A stretch of DNA of 64,000 nucleotides from positions 45,322,001 through 45,386,000 of the forward strand of contig OX597826.1 in the NCBI GenBank assembly GCA_951406725.2, written 5' to 3'. Both the position numbers and the translations under genes were made by a program. A model generated the notes under the pieces. That model was not told the origin of the DNA and did no database searches. It saw only the letters and a program-made list of their open reading frames with translations. Shown piece after piece: positions 39,395 through 53,854 of this stretch (position 1 is the first letter of the stretch; each line of letters begins with the position of its first letter). This DNA is from Octopus vulgaris. Its lineage: Eukaryota.

Positions 39395-40165
39395 GAGAGA
39401 CAGATAGTTGCATATTTTAATCTAATATTGCTTCTGTTGCACATAAGGGGTTTTTATTTAGCTGGTTGGGTTAATTGCAACACAAGCCATTCTTCAATCA
39501 CTGTTTTCTTATATCAGTAGTCGCGGACTTTATCTTAGCCTACGGTTGCCACTGAGTACATGCTACTGAGAATGTGCAAGGACACAGAAATGCACGTCAA
39601 TAATTTTCACCGCCACTGTTTGAAGACATACTCCTTTTACTGATATATTCTTGTTTTTATGCACAATAATTTTCTAAATACATATTATCTCGCTGCAAAT
39701 ACTAATCTTAATTTGCCTTTCGTAACATATTTACATTAAGATATACAGATTATTACACACATATACATAAGTATACATGCCCACTTATATATATATACCT
39801 ACGTGTGCGCGAACACACACACATACACACTCGCACGCACGCACACACATTTGTGTATTTGCTTGTGTTAGTAATGGTAGACCTAATGTTGATGATGGTG
39901 GAGACATTGGCAGTCGAATAACCATAGAAATTATTCTTCCATTGGTTTTTCAGATTGCCAACAATCACCTTATCTGCAATGCATGATGGATTTAATGAAG
40001 TGGGTGTGATTTAATCCCAGAACATACAGCAATGTAAAATATATACAGCAATGCATCTCATCTGACACTCTAACAAATCTGCTATCATGTTCTTGTGCGA
40101 ATGTATGTGTTTGCGTGTGCATACATACATATACATGCATGCACATACATGCATATACATATATA

Positions 40166-40201
<36 letters not shown>

Positions 40202-40580
40202 TGTATGTATGTATGTATGTATGTATATATATGCATACATATATATATACATACACACACACACATATATATATATATATACATACATATATATATATAT
40301 ACATATACATACATGTATATATATGTATATATATATATATATATATATTTATATGAGGATAATTTTATAATTTCGTTAAATCGAAGAAAAAATATATGAC
40401 TGCTGATGGAAGTACTCAGGTAACACAGAGACGAAAGGAAAGATAAACTGAAAGATATAATGAATAAACGCACCAATTGGTCAAAACAACTTTATGACAT
40501 CCCCATAATATCATATATCGAACACACACACACACGCACGCACACACACACACATACACGCACACACACACACACACACA

Positions 40581-41172
40581 TATTAAAACATCAGGGCATC
40601 CATCGGTAAAACCCAGTAGTATAAAACATACTCATATATACGAATAAAAGGTGATAAAATCTAAAAGGGTAATACGAGAGAAGTCGAATGAAGAAAAATA
40701 TATGGATTAAATTAATGCATAATAAAAGCGACTTAAAATTTAAGGTAATAAAAGGAAAATAATATGAATATAAATATAAACATATAAAAATATAGGGCAA
40801 AGTAGTAACCAGAAAAAAGTCCATTCAAATCCATCTCTACGATCGTTTCAAAAGACGTTACCTCACTTCGTCAATGTAAAATCCGCGAAAGAAATTCAAA
40901 GGTAATGATCTTTTCTTCATGAGAAAATTGTGGCTGTCAAAAGATTCTAAAATGGCTACCACTTTACCCTATATATTTATATTTATATTTATATTATTTT
41001 AGTTTCATTGCCTTACATTTTTAGTCGCTTTTATTATGCTTTAATCTAATATATATTTTTCTTCATTCGACTTTACACGTATTACCCGTTTAGGTTTACC
41101 ACCTTGTATTCGTATATATGTGTATATTTTATACCTCTGGGTTTTACCATTGGATGCCCTGATGTTTTAATA
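40581..41172. mobile_element. Fold-back element with about 225-bp inverted arms and a hammerhead in the spacer
   Basis: Arms 40581-40811 and 40953-41172 (diverged); microsatellites on both sides. Confidence 0.88.
40834..40924 (-). ncRNA. Type I hammerhead motif with long stem II
   Basis: Minus strand tctc-ATGAAGA-aaagatcattacct...aggtaacgtctttt-GAA-ACGATCGT-A-gaga; position 3 is A. Confidence 0.7.
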
Positions 41173-41256
41173 TATATATTTATGTTCAATATATGATAAT
41201 ATGGGAAACACGGAAATTGTTTGAAAGCCTGTCGTATGTATATATATATACACACA

Positions 41257-41306
<50 letters not shown>

Positions 41307-41586
41307 CATATATGCATGCATTTATGTATATATATATATGTATGTATGTACGTATGTATGAATATGTATTTATGCATGTGCGAGTCTTTGTGCTTGAGTT
41401 TCTCCAACATAACTGCTACAGTCGCATAACTGGTGTTGGTTTGTTTATATACTTCTTACCTAGCTGTTCCACAAACGATCCCAATCGAGTTATCGGAGTC
41501 GATTTGTTCAAGTAACGCAACAAAGAGGCGCCCTAGTATGGCCAAAATCGAATGTCTGAAACAAGTAAAAGTTAATATCTATCTAC

Positions 41587-41710
<124 letters not shown>

Positions 41711-42163
41711 GTCTGTCTGTCTGTCTGTCTATAAATGCTGTGTAAACAACTTGCACATGCAAGTGCTACCAGTCGAGAGCTCCGCATACCGGAAGCCAGC
41801 AAATTTCTGGGATCTTCAGGAGATATATATGAAATACAGGAGGATCAGTTAATTATGATTTTATTCAAAATATTCACTTCTCAGATTCAGGCAGTTATTG
41901 CACTGGTCCTTCAATTTTACTGCGGCCTGTAACAGAAGTTCAACCAGGCATCTCGTCATATCCTTAAAACCAGGAACTTTTCAGCACCCCCTCATATATA
42001 TATATATATATATATATATGAGGAAAATAATGTTTTTTGGTTGTCAATATTTCGAAAGTTGCCTTGTCATTGAAACCTATATTACTCTATATTCTTTTAT
42101 CTCTATTTAGTGAGCCCTAACTTTTGTTCTGTATAGAAATTTCATCTCCTATTTTCTTTTCTT

Positions 42164-42242
<79 letters not shown>

Positions 42243-42546
42243 AACTTAGAGAAGAAGAAGAAACGAAACGAAACCAAACGAATCGAATCGAATTGACGCG
42301 AAGGCGCTCAGTCATACAATAGTGCAATAAATAAAATATATGCATACATACAAACATATATGTACGTACCTACATCTACATGTATATATACATGCATATA
42401 TAAAATATATTATATACGTGTGTACAGGACACCACAAATAGACGTAGAACTCAACGAGAAACGAAAACGTAAAAACAGCATGGAACGGACCATTTTTTTA
42501 ACAACGAAAAAACAGAGTACAAGACAACTTCATCAGCTGTCCCTAG

Positions 42547-42620
<74 letters not shown>

Positions 42621-42714
42621 GGAGTAAACACATAAATGTGAAACAAGGTAGAAAAAAGAGTACTCAAATACCAGGGGCAGAGTAATATGCTTTATTTGAA
42701 AGCAACAGAAATTC

Positions 42715-42767
42715 AACAAAACCTGTTACTCGGAGTTTCCCGTTCCCGTTCGTCGGACAGTTTTGTT
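42715..42767 (-). ncRNA. Type I hammerhead motif, C4 variant
   Basis: Minus strand aacaaaactgt-CCGACGA-acgggaacgg-GAA-ACTCCGAGT-A-acaggttttgtt; stem II is weak. Confidence 0.6.
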
Positions 42768-43559
42768 AAAATTTTTGAATAAAGCATATATATAAAGAGG
42801 GTGAGAGAGAGAGAGAGAGAGAGAGTGCGATGCATCCAACTATTTGTACGTGCACGTGTGTGTTTGTGTATGTGTGTGTGTGTGTGTGTGTTGTGTACTG
42901 ACACAGCAGTATGATACAACAATTACAATTGGATGCGTCAATAATTCGCATGCAACGTATTCAAATCTTACATGAAAACTCTGGTAACTTGGGGCATAGG
43001 AGAAGCACATGCTGTTTTGTGCATTACCTGTTGTTTCAAATCAATAAAACAATAAAACGCTAATTATAATGCAAATATTTAGCAACTGCAAATTTAAGAA
43101 CGGTTTATCGTTAAATTATGCTTCATTCTGCGTCACCGTCTAGTGATTATTTCCGAATCAAACCAGGTCATATACGTCAGATATTCCCACTTCACAATAC
43201 TTTCTCCTTTAATTTCACTGATTCAAATTCTTCATAGTACGCCTGGAAATGTACATCACTCCAGTATATCCGAGAAATACAAATAGGTGACCGACAGTTT
43301 CCTACGTCATATGTTCTTTAACATTTCTTTCATAATTGAATTTCAAATAAGCACAATCCTTAATGTGGGTCATATTAACGTGGTCTGTCTCTTTTTTAAA
43401 AATCTTATTTTCAGTAGGGGAGACAGTATCTATGCACGATTGTAGAACCTTCGAGACTGGTGCAAAGAAAGAGTAAAGTTCCCTCAAACGGTAGTCCTGC
43501 AACAATGTGTATACAGCTAAGTGTACTCGAGATACTAGTTGGAGATGTTAAATCTATCA

Positions 43560-43790
43560 CTCTTTATTGCCCACAAGGCGCTAAACATAGAGGGGACAAA
43601 CACAAGGAAAGATAAAAGGATTAATTCGATTACATCGACCCCAGTGCGTAACTGGTGCTTAATTTTTCAACCCCGAAAGGATGAAAGGCAAAATCGACCT
43701 CGGCGAAATTTGAACTCAGAACGTACTGGCAGGCGAAAAACCGTGTAGCATTTCGCCCGGCGTGCTGACGTTTCTGCTAGCTCGCCGCCT
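43560..43790 (-). mobile_element. SINE family A
   Basis: ctttattgcccacaagg...ctgctagctcgccgcct. Confidence 0.9.
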
Positions 43791-45780
43791 TCATCCAAGT
43801 AAAACTCTTGGCGGCATTTGAAGTCAGAACGCAAAAGGTGGAACAAATCTTGCGAGGCTTCCGGTCCAAACTTCTTTCATGTTCACAACTGAACCACATG
43901 TTTTTATCAACTCTGCGAGAATGAAAGGCAACGTTGACCGGGGAAGCTTCCTGCAATAGCACAATGATTTAATCATTCCTATTAAGGAAGCAGACCTGGA
44001 CTTTACGTCCCGAACATATAAACATCGTTACAACAACCGGTCCAAACTTCTTACATGTTCATCCTCAACATCTTTACAAATGTTTGGATTTCTAGTCTCT
44101 AGTAATATCGACTAGTCTACATTTTAGAGTCTAGATTTTCGTTTTATTGCCATGAAATACTTCATTCCTGATATTATGAAACTTCTACAGAACTAAAATA
44201 AAACCTACAGTAGGTCTTACTTTCTGTCAATTCTTCATAAGCATACGCCAAAAGTAAAACACCTATGTTATGTTTAAACTTGGCCTCTTCTAGAGCAGCA
44301 AACATTAACTGAACAGCCTGAAATGCATGAGCAATGCTTTCCCTCCCTTTGACTAATTTATTTTAAAATTCTCCTTACATTATGCGTATAGCTTTACTTT
44401 TAGAAACTTTGCTATTGTTTCGAATGTTTCTCATGTTTAATTGACATTAGTCAGCATACATGCACCGGAAACTGTGCAAGTCCATCGGTTTTGTGTAAAC
44501 TTATTCTCCTCAAACAATATTGGTATTACAGTGAACTTAACTGACCTTAACTATTTTTAATCGGCTTCACGTATTGCTCAGCACATTCCACCGATTTTAC
44601 AAGGATGACCGACGCCAAAGACAATCGTTCCTTTGTTTGTTTGTTTGCTAGGGATAGTCTGTTAAATAAATTTTTCGAGCTTTTCTGTGGAATGAAGATT
44701 AAAAAGAAAATGCCTTTCTCCTCGCGTTACCTGTCATTTCAAACCACAAAATAAACACTGAAAGAATTTAACTTACACCTGTTTTGTCAATTATTCCGCC
44801 CCCATCACTCAAGTGTTTAAGAGTAAGTATAACATCCGAACACGTCATCGTTCACGAATAGTTGTTGGAGCAGCGTAAAATCCTTTTTTTAAAGTTATGT
44901 CTGAAAAATTAAATAGTAAAATTTTTGTTTATGTCCGACTTCATCTGTAGATTAACATCAGATGGTTAATATCAGATATATCTGTATCATTGTCTGTCGT
45001 CTGGAAGATCAACGATGCTTAGAATTAAATGAAATGAGTTTATTTATACTCATATGTATTCAGTCGAGAAGTAGGTTAATATTTAATGGAAAGACTTTCA
45101 GTGAAGTCTGGAGGGGAGAAAAAACCGTCTACATAAACTTATTTATATATTTATGTTGTATGACTTCATAAGCAGAAGCCAAAGGTAAGCTAAACATTGC
45201 TACGTTCTATCTTAGCTTCTTGTTATCATTGTAACCCCGAGCAGGAAGAATATATTACAATAATATTTATTATGTATGAATCTTTTCATCCATAAAATTT
45301 AATGGATTATTACAATATGAGAACAAATGGCCTTTACTGGCTGGAGAGAATTCTTCTTACAACTGCATATAATATTAGTGGTTATCTCTGAGATTTTCCC
45401 TTTCTTCTGATGATATGCTATTATAAATATTAGCTGTCAGCTTGAATTGATAAATAAATCAAGTAGCAGAATTTAATGGTTTGCAGATGCTTTTAAAATG
45501 AGATTTGCAAACTGTTAGATACGGTTACGGGAAGTTGCCGTGAAAAGTCGTATTTTGCCATAAGTTGTCGTATGTGTGTGTGTGTGTATGCGTGTGTGCG
45601 CGTGTGTTTGTTTGTGTGTGTGTTTGTATTTGCGTATGTGTGTTTATTTGCTTGTGAGTGTGCTTGTGTACAAGTGTATTTATATAAACATATGTGCATG
45701 TACGTGGGTGGTCTATGTTATTCACACTTTGATTGCCAGTCTGAATTTAGTACTACTTAGTACGCTAAGAGATTGCCATT

Positions 45781-45850
<70 letters not shown>

Positions 45851-45929
45851 ACATATATATATATACATACATATGTATACATATATATACATACATATAT
45901 AGCTGTCGCACTCTCTCACTCTCTCTCGC

Positions 45930-46040
<111 letters not shown>

Positions 46041-46098
46041 TTCATTTTTGGTTTGCAAGATTCTCTATGTGAGTTCGTGTGTTGAAAGAAGCATATTC

Positions 46099-46256
46099 TG
46101 TTGTGTCTGGGGAGAGTAATTTTCTTTTCGTGCCTTATAATTAAACACGCACACACACCGGTAGGAAAATAAAAATAAGGAATAAGTGGAAATTTTACCG
46201 GTGAGTGTGTTAGATTATAAGGCACAAAAAGAAAATGACTCTCCCCAGACACAACA
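46099..46256. repeat. Inverted pair of element ends (about 60-bp arms); single-arm copy at 28570-28660
   Basis: tgttgtgtctggggagagt...gtgccttataat / attataaggcac...actctccccagacacaaca. Confidence 0.85.
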
Positions 46257-46772
46257 ATATATGTATGTATTTATATATATATATATTAAATTGTATATAA
46301 CAAAAACATCAATAACGGTTGCTTCTTTAAATAACTAAATATATAAATATATTATTACAAAGCTAAATGCAGAAAGGCGTAACTTAATCTAAAGCATGAA
46401 ATCTCATTTCTCATATTTTATATTTAATATTCCCTGTTATATAACCACTCAAGCCTTTCATTTCAAGCTTTCGTAAATAAATTAACAGATAAAATAAACA
46501 AACAGCCTATTTGACAGAAACGATTTTCCGAACCAACAAAAACAGATCAAAGATAAGGATATATAGTCTTTAAATTATGCAAGATAATAGCAAAGTAAAA
46601 CACAAATGTTTATTTAGAGGCTGGTTTTATATATATTTGTATACAGAAACCATCTTTTAATGATAGTAATATTAACGGGACGATGGAAGAAGAGTTAAAG
46701 AGAAACACTTGTATTACGTACGACTTCATACGAATTTCTAATAGTCAAACTGTCGAATGAAAGTGTGTATAC

Positions 46773-46883
<111 letters not shown>

Positions 46884-48120
46884 TGTGTGTGTGTGTGTGC
46901 GTGTGTGTGTATGAATGTATGTATATATATATATATAGAGAGAGAGTTAGATAGATAGATAGATATAAATATATGTATATATATATACATAAATATGTAT
47001 ACACACACACATACATATATACATATGAGTATACACACATACATATATACTTAAATGAATGAATAAATAGATAAATAAATAAATAAGTCAGATGGATAAA
47101 AAGTGAATAATGGATTGGTATCTCTGCTTTTTTTTTATATTTTTAAATTACAGAAAGGAAGCAAGGTTTGAGTGAGATGTTTAAATATAAGAAAATACAT
47201 CAGCAGGTGCCGGAAATGTAACAGGATGTGAAGAGGAAATTTTGTAGTGGAGGCAAGCATCTTAGATACCGCCCACCTTATCGCTAAATCTACATACCAT
47301 TCGGGTAAGATGAAGTGCTACGGTAATTAGAACTTCTTCTTTACACTGCTAGATTTCCGCTGGAATCGCTTAGCAGTGTAGATGATTGTGCTGCAGCGAA
47401 ACTAAGGCAGATGTCTCTTTGGGTTGACACCGGAACCAGCTTTACTTGATTAATTACATGCAGAAGATACTTCAGGCGCTATCTCTTATGATATTGACAA
47501 AAATGTCGTCTTTATATTTGATCTAACATTTGTCTCTTGTTACCAAACAAGAAATTCAATAATATTCGATACTGCATGCCCTTTATTCTAAATTTCATAA
47601 CTTCTGCACATAGCTATTGCTTCTATCTTTTTTCTAATTCATGTTTTATTATTTTTTTCTCTCCTTAAACCATTGTTTCATAAAAACAATGTTAAAAATG
47701 CGTTAAATCTGCAATTATTTGCTTACAGCTCAAAAGCCGTACAAAAAAATTTGATAAAAAGAGGAATTTTACTAAAGTTTTTCGCTATATTGACTGCGCA
47801 GTTATTAAATTTTTTTAGTTCTCATAAATTTCAAATAAGGAAGCCCAAAATTGCAACAAATATCTACGGATAACCTTTGTTAAAAACTAGCAGTGTTACA
47901 ATGCGCTTGACAGTAAATCACCCTAGTTATCTTCCTTGGCAATATTTACCTTATTTTGTAGGGTTTTAATCACTGAATTGCAGCAACAGCAGTATAGCCC
48001 TTTAATGAATTAGGAACCCAATACATATCTTTATCCTGTACTTATTTTATCGATATGGAACCGTTGTCACGAAACATTAAAGAAAACACAAAGAAAACCC
48101 CATTTTTAGCAAGCACCTGT

Positions 48121-48194
<74 letters not shown>

Positions 48195-48261
48195 TTGTAT
48201 GTATATACGTACAGATATACGTACATACATACATACATACATACATACATACATACATACA

Positions 48262-48292
<31 letters not shown>

Positions 48293-48536
48293 GCATGTAA
48301 ACAAGAGAATTTGTTTATATAACATTCAGTAACTAAATATCGTATAAGCAAGCTTTACGGTTTTATTTTACTCTCTGTATGTACTCTGTGGCCTACCTAA
48401 GTGCAGATTCCTACCAAGTGAAACTTAGACTATGATATGATCCACGTCACAGTTTCGCCTTATTTATGCAAGAAGACACACGGAGATCGAAATGTTGCTT
48501 AACTGTCATGCAACTTAAATATAAATCGTAACTATC

Positions 48537-48647
<111 letters not shown>

Positions 48648-49164
48648 AGGTATGTATGTAGGTATGTATGTATTACACTAATGGCGAAATTAACGACTTG
48701 TGAAATTGAGTAAAATCAACGTAATACTATTAAGCTTATGCTCATGAAAATAGAACGAAACAGAAATCTATTCGACGTTTCTAATCCAATTCTTTCTTCT
48801 GAAAGAGCGAAAGAGGGAAGAAAAACAAAACTGCGTTTTAATGTAAGTGAAGCTAGGTTAGAAATGACCAGAAGTTAGAGATAACCAGATTTAGCAGAGA
48901 GAAAGAAAGAAAATTCGTACTATCGAAACTAATAGGGGAGGTAATTGCGAGACAAATATGCCTGGCTGTATGTGCATGTGCATTTATATGTCAAAGTGCC
49001 TTAAAAATATGTTCGTGCGTCGTTAGGAGTATATTTCGAGGCCGTGCGTGTGTCTGTGTGTGAGTGTGTGGCTTGCTTTGGACTATATGTGTGCATTGGT
49101 TATAGAAAGTATAAGTTGTTTAAATGTTGCTTGTGGATATATACGTATATGTATATGTGTATGT

Positions 49165-49360
49165 GTCTATGTTTGTCCCCCCACTACCACTTGACAGTCG
49201 GTGTTGGTGTCACTCTAGCGGTTCGGCAAAACTGACGATAAAATAAATACCAGGCTTAAAAACTAAAAATCACTGGTATCATCTCATTCGCCTAAGATTG
49301 AAAGGGGTACTACAGTATGGCCACTGTCTAGCGACTGAAACTAGTAAAAGAATGAAAAAA
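49165..49360 (+). mobile_element. SINE family B, 3' half (degenerate)
   Basis: gtttgtcccccc...cttgacag...tagcggttcggcaaaa...gactgaaactagtaaaag. Confidence 0.75.
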
Positions 49361-50531
49361 TAAAAGTATATATGTATATATGTATATATATATGTGTGTG
49401 TGCCTGTGTGTGTTTGTGTGTGAATGTATGTATGAATGTATATATGTGTATACTCACATACCTACACACACACGCACACACAAACACAAACACACACACA
49501 CATACACACACTCATATGTAGATACTATATATGATACAAAAGAATATATTAATAAAGTTTTCGCAAACATTGTATGTTGAAACAAATGTATACATCTTTT
49601 ATTTATACGCATTGTTTTCGGAGACTGAAAAAAATGCAGCTCGAACTTCAATGGTATTTTAAAAATGTTATCAGTATCAGCTTAAATGCTAAAATTTCCA
49701 CGAAAATACAACTTTTACAATCGCTGTTAGCAAGGGCTTAAATAACTTGGATACCCAGATTTGCATACTGAACGCGTTATACGTACCTAGTTTGGTTAAT
49801 AAATTATTGGAGAATTGAGAGAGTTTTGTTTCATTACTATACTGAATACATCTATAGATTTTTAGCAATACTGTGTGTTTATACATATAAATATTGTTTC
49901 ATTTAATACGATGTTATTCACTGTAGTGATATAAAATTAATTCACTGTTAATACACTAGTGGTTTATGAATCGAAATTGCTACTGATAATGCTTTATATG
50001 TACAAATTGAGATCTATTTACTTAAACCCTTAGTAATAGCGAATTTATAAGCAGTGTATCCGTTGACAAGAGATAAAGGATATTAGGCCATTTATGAACT
50101 CCCAGTTACAGAACTGAGATTAGTCCCGCTGAACCTTCATCTTGTGTCCATTGAAATCTTATATAAGGTAACACGATATTAGCAACTGACTATACATACT
50201 GTGTCGGCTAAAATCTATGGATGTATTCATGATGCACTGAAACGAAACGCTCTTCACCATCTTGTGATTTATAATTTACACATAGATATTACATATGTCT
50301 GTGTCTAGATGTATGCGTACGTTTGTACAATATCACACACACACACACACACACACATATGTGTGTGAACCAGCATGGCCGCAGTGAAATGACTGAAACA
50401 AGTAGAAGAGTAAAAAAATATGTTCACAAATACTTATATATAAATTGAACCGTTAATCACTACACGCATTTTTCTCTCTCGTTTTTTGGGGGGTTTTTTT
50501 CGTTCTCTCACCGTTTTTATTTCCTCTCAAT

Positions 50532-50569
50532 CCTTTCTATCGAAAAGCGTAGGCTCGAAACGTCAAAGG
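50532..50569 (+). ncRNA. Hammerhead motif (mutated core)
   Basis: ccttt-CTATCGA-aaagc(gtag)gctc-GAA-ACGT-C-aaagg. Confidence 0.55.
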
Positions 50570-50834
50570 GTTTCCCATTCTTCCCGAGCATTAAACTAAT
50601 ACACCTGCTTGCTGCATTGTCGTCCCTTCACCTGTCTTCGGCTTTTGTTCGCTGTAAAGATATATATATATACTAAGTAATTAAGGGTTTAGCAATGATT
50701 TGCCTCACCACACACCGAATTTAGAAATAGCAGTCAAAGAGTTATAGCTATTCTTTCTACTAAAAGGGAGATCTCAGTAAAACCACAGCACTTGAAAGGC
50801 AAACACAGGCAATTAATTTCACCCTATATTATTA

Positions 50835-50917
<83 letters not shown>

Positions 50918-51049
50918 TTATGTGTGTGTGTGTGTGTGTATGTGTGTATGCATTTGCATATATATATATATATATACACACATTCATACACGCCGGCATT
51001 TAAATAATAAGACATATAATATAATATATTATGTTACATCAAAATCTTT

Positions 51050-51368
51050 TAGGAGCACTCCGTCGGTTACGACGACGAGCTGATACGATTAGCGAAACAG
51101 CATACTCGTAAAATTAAGGTACAAGTGCCTGAGGCAATCCACAGACAATGTATACCTCGAACGTGGTTCTCAGAGATATTCAGCGTGACACAGAGTGTGA
51201 CTAGGCCGGCCCTTTGAAATACAGGTACAACTCATTTTTGCTAGCTGAGTGGACTGGAGTAACGTGAAATAAAGTGTCTTGTTCAAGGACACAACGCGTC
51301 GCCGGGAATTGAACTCACGATCATACACTCGTTAGTCGAATGCCCTAACCGCTGAGCCACGCGCCTTC
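51050..51368 (-). mobile_element. SINE family C-related (different 3' part)
   Basis: Minus strand ggcgcgtggctcagcggttaggg...gagttcaattccc...ctccagtccactcagctagcaaaaatgagt. Confidence 0.85.
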
Positions 51369-51766
51369 GCTATATCATATTATATTGTATTGTATTATAT
51401 TCTGTTATATTATATTATGTTGTATTATATTATACTGTAGTGTATCATATTATATTTCAGTATAGTATTTTTGTACAAATGTTCATGCTGTGTTGTTATA
51501 CTAGTAACAGATCGGCAATAAGCAAATTAGTTCTCACTCTGTGTGAATTAAGAAGCATTTCCTAAATGGCTATAAGATATTTCCTCTCGCACCATACAAT
51601 TTAAATGAATTCGGAACTCTGCAATCATATCGAGATTCAGGTCTTGTACCCAACAACTCGTGTGTGTATGTATACTACCCGAATTTCCTTCCGCCGCTAG
51701 ACTAAGAAGATTAAGATATCTATTAAATATCTACACATATTTCGTAACACCATATTATATATGTAT

Positions 51767-52130
51767 AGGCGCAGCGTGGCTGTGTGGTAAGAAACTTGCT
51801 TCTCAACCACACGGTTCCGGGTTCAGTCCCACGGCGTGGCACTTTGGGCAAGTTTCTTCTACTATAGCATCGGGCCGACCAAGGCCTTGTGAGTGGATTT
51901 GGTAGATGGAAACTGAAACAAGCCCATCGCATATATATATATATATGTGTGTGTGTGTGTAATTGCATCTGCGTCTGTGTTTGTTGCTACACCATCGTTC
52001 CGTAACCGATGCTGGTGTAAATTTACGTCCCCGTAACTTAGCGCTTCGGCATAAAAGACCGTTAGAATAAGTACTAAGCTTACAAAAATAAGTCCTGGGA
52101 TCGATTTGTTCGACTAAGAATACAAAAATA
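51767..52130 (+). mobile_element. SINE family B
   Basis: ggcgcagcgtggctgtgtggtaag...aagtcctgggatcgatttgttcgactaa. Confidence 0.9.
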
Positions 52131-52281
52131 AAAGTATATATATATATTCTTTTATTCTTGTACTCTTTTACTTGTTTCAGTCATTTGACTGTGGCCATGC
52201 TATATATGTATATATATATATATATATATATGAAAAAACAAGTCAAAAATAGAAAATGCTAAAATAATTTTATAGTGAACA

Positions 52282-52325
52282 TTTCAGTACCGGTTTCGGT
52301 CATTTTGAGACCTTTTCAACTGTAA
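52282..52325 (-). ncRNA. Hammerhead motif (U3-A8), inverted-arm copy
   Basis: Reverse complement of 54604-54647. Confidence 0.75.
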
Positions 52326-52888
52326 CGATTAAATAATTAAATTTAGAAAAATTAGAAGAAAAGTTTTTTTAAAAGAATATTTCTATAGTAGTGTTCAGAT
52401 TTAAGTGGCATTCTGCCTTTCTCTGACTCCCTTGTTTGCACTTGTGTGTTGGAGGTCGTTGTGAGTTCTTGGTAGGGTAGTAGAGGAAGAAAGCTGGTGA
52501 GGAAAGGGGGTGGGAGGATCTGGGAGTGCCCTGATGGTCGTATTTTGAATGGTCAGTGGCGGCTGGCAGTCTCAGTTCAATTCAGGAGAATATTTATATT
52601 GACAGGCTTGTTTATAGAATTTGCGTAGGTGTTATACTAAAAAACATTAGTGACAAAGTTAAGGGGTAGGAGGTGGAGAAGTAGAAGAAGAAGAAGAAGA
52701 AGAAGAAGATATTGGAAGATATTGCTTGGAGTCTGTAGGCTTATAATATATGTCTGTTTCTATTATATTATTAGCTTTTTTAATGAGGATATCGAGGAAG
52801 GGGAGTTGTTGCTGGCTATATTCCATCGTGAATTGGATGTTTACGTCCAGTCCGTTTAAAATTTCCTGGAATTCTATGAGTTTTTCTA

Positions 52889-53854
52889 TATAGCCAGCAA
52901 CAACTCCCCTTCCTCGATATCCTCATTAAAAAAGCTAATAATATAATAGAAACAGACATATATTATAAGCCTACAGACTCCAAGCAATATCTTCCATTCA
53001 ATTCATGCCACCCCAGACACACCAGGATGAATATCCCCTTCAACCTAGCAAAAAGGATATGCACTATAGTCTCGAACGCAAACACCAGAGACACACGACT
53101 ACAAGAACTAAAAGATACCCTTATCACCAGGAACTATCCACCTTCACTTATTGACAAGTGCATTCAACGTGCTCTTCAACTTAACATCAAGGAACTGAGA
53201 CATCCCAAATCAAAGAAAAACTTACAACCAAAAGCCTTACCATACATCTCCACACACAACCCTCTCAATAACGAAGCCTTCGGCACCATCCTCCACAACA
53301 TACCCCTCCTAAAAAAAGACCACAGAATGAACACAATCCTCCAAACACACACGATCATAAAAAGCAAGAGACAGCCTAAATCCATGAAAAGTCTCCTAAC
53401 ACAAGCCCGAATTCACTCTTCAACAAAGAAGCCGACAGTAAAAAAATGTGGAAGACCCAATTGCGGGATATGCGACTATCTAATTGAGGGATCAGAGTTC
53501 TCCTTCAAACAGGGACAACGGTTTACAGTGAAAAGCAACTTCACATGTGCTTCGGAGAACCTAATATACTCACTAACCTGCTCCGGGTGTCAAGAGCAGT
53601 ACATAGGCCAAACAAAAAATAGTTTGCGTAAACGAATGGCCCTGCACAGATCCCAGATAAAAATTCCCCAAAACAGAAAAATAGCTTTTAGCCAACACAT
53701 AGATACTTGCGCCAACAAAAAAACACCAAGCTTCAGGATTTTCCCCCTCTACCAATTTAGGGACGATACAACCTCGAGACAACGAATAAGTAAAGAAACT
53801 CTCTTTATTGCAAAATACAGGCCACTTCTTAACGGGTCTACGACAAACAATTAA
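52889..53854 (+). CDS. Partial Penelope-like RT (C-terminus), Zn-finger linker and GIY-YIG endonuclease
   Basis: The frame is open upstream of the annotated ATG: YSQQQLPFLDILIKK..ETDIYYKPTDSKQYLPFNSCHP; linker CGRPNCGIC; NLIYSLTCSGCQEQYIGQT..LRKRMALH..H..E..FI..PLLN. Confidence 0.92.
   Translation, partial: YSQQQLPFLDILIKKANNIIETDIYYKPTDSKQYLPFNSCHPRHTRMNIPFNLAKRICTIVSNANTRDTRLQELKDTLITRNYPPSLIDKCIQRALQLNIKELRHPKSKKNLQPKALPYISTHNPLNNEAFGTILHNIPLLKKDHRMNTILQTHTIIKSKRQPKSMKSLLTQARIHSSTKKPTVKKCGRPNCGICDYLIEGSEFSFKQGQRFTVKSNFTCASENLIYSLTCSGCQEQYIGQTKNSLRKRMALHRSQIKIPQNRKIAFSQHIDTCANKKTPSFRIFPLYQFRDDTTSRQRISKETLFIAKYRPLLNGSTTNN

Noticed and set aside
42520-42545. Minus-strand cagCTGATGAag
   Set aside because: No downstream stem II or GAAA; only half a motif
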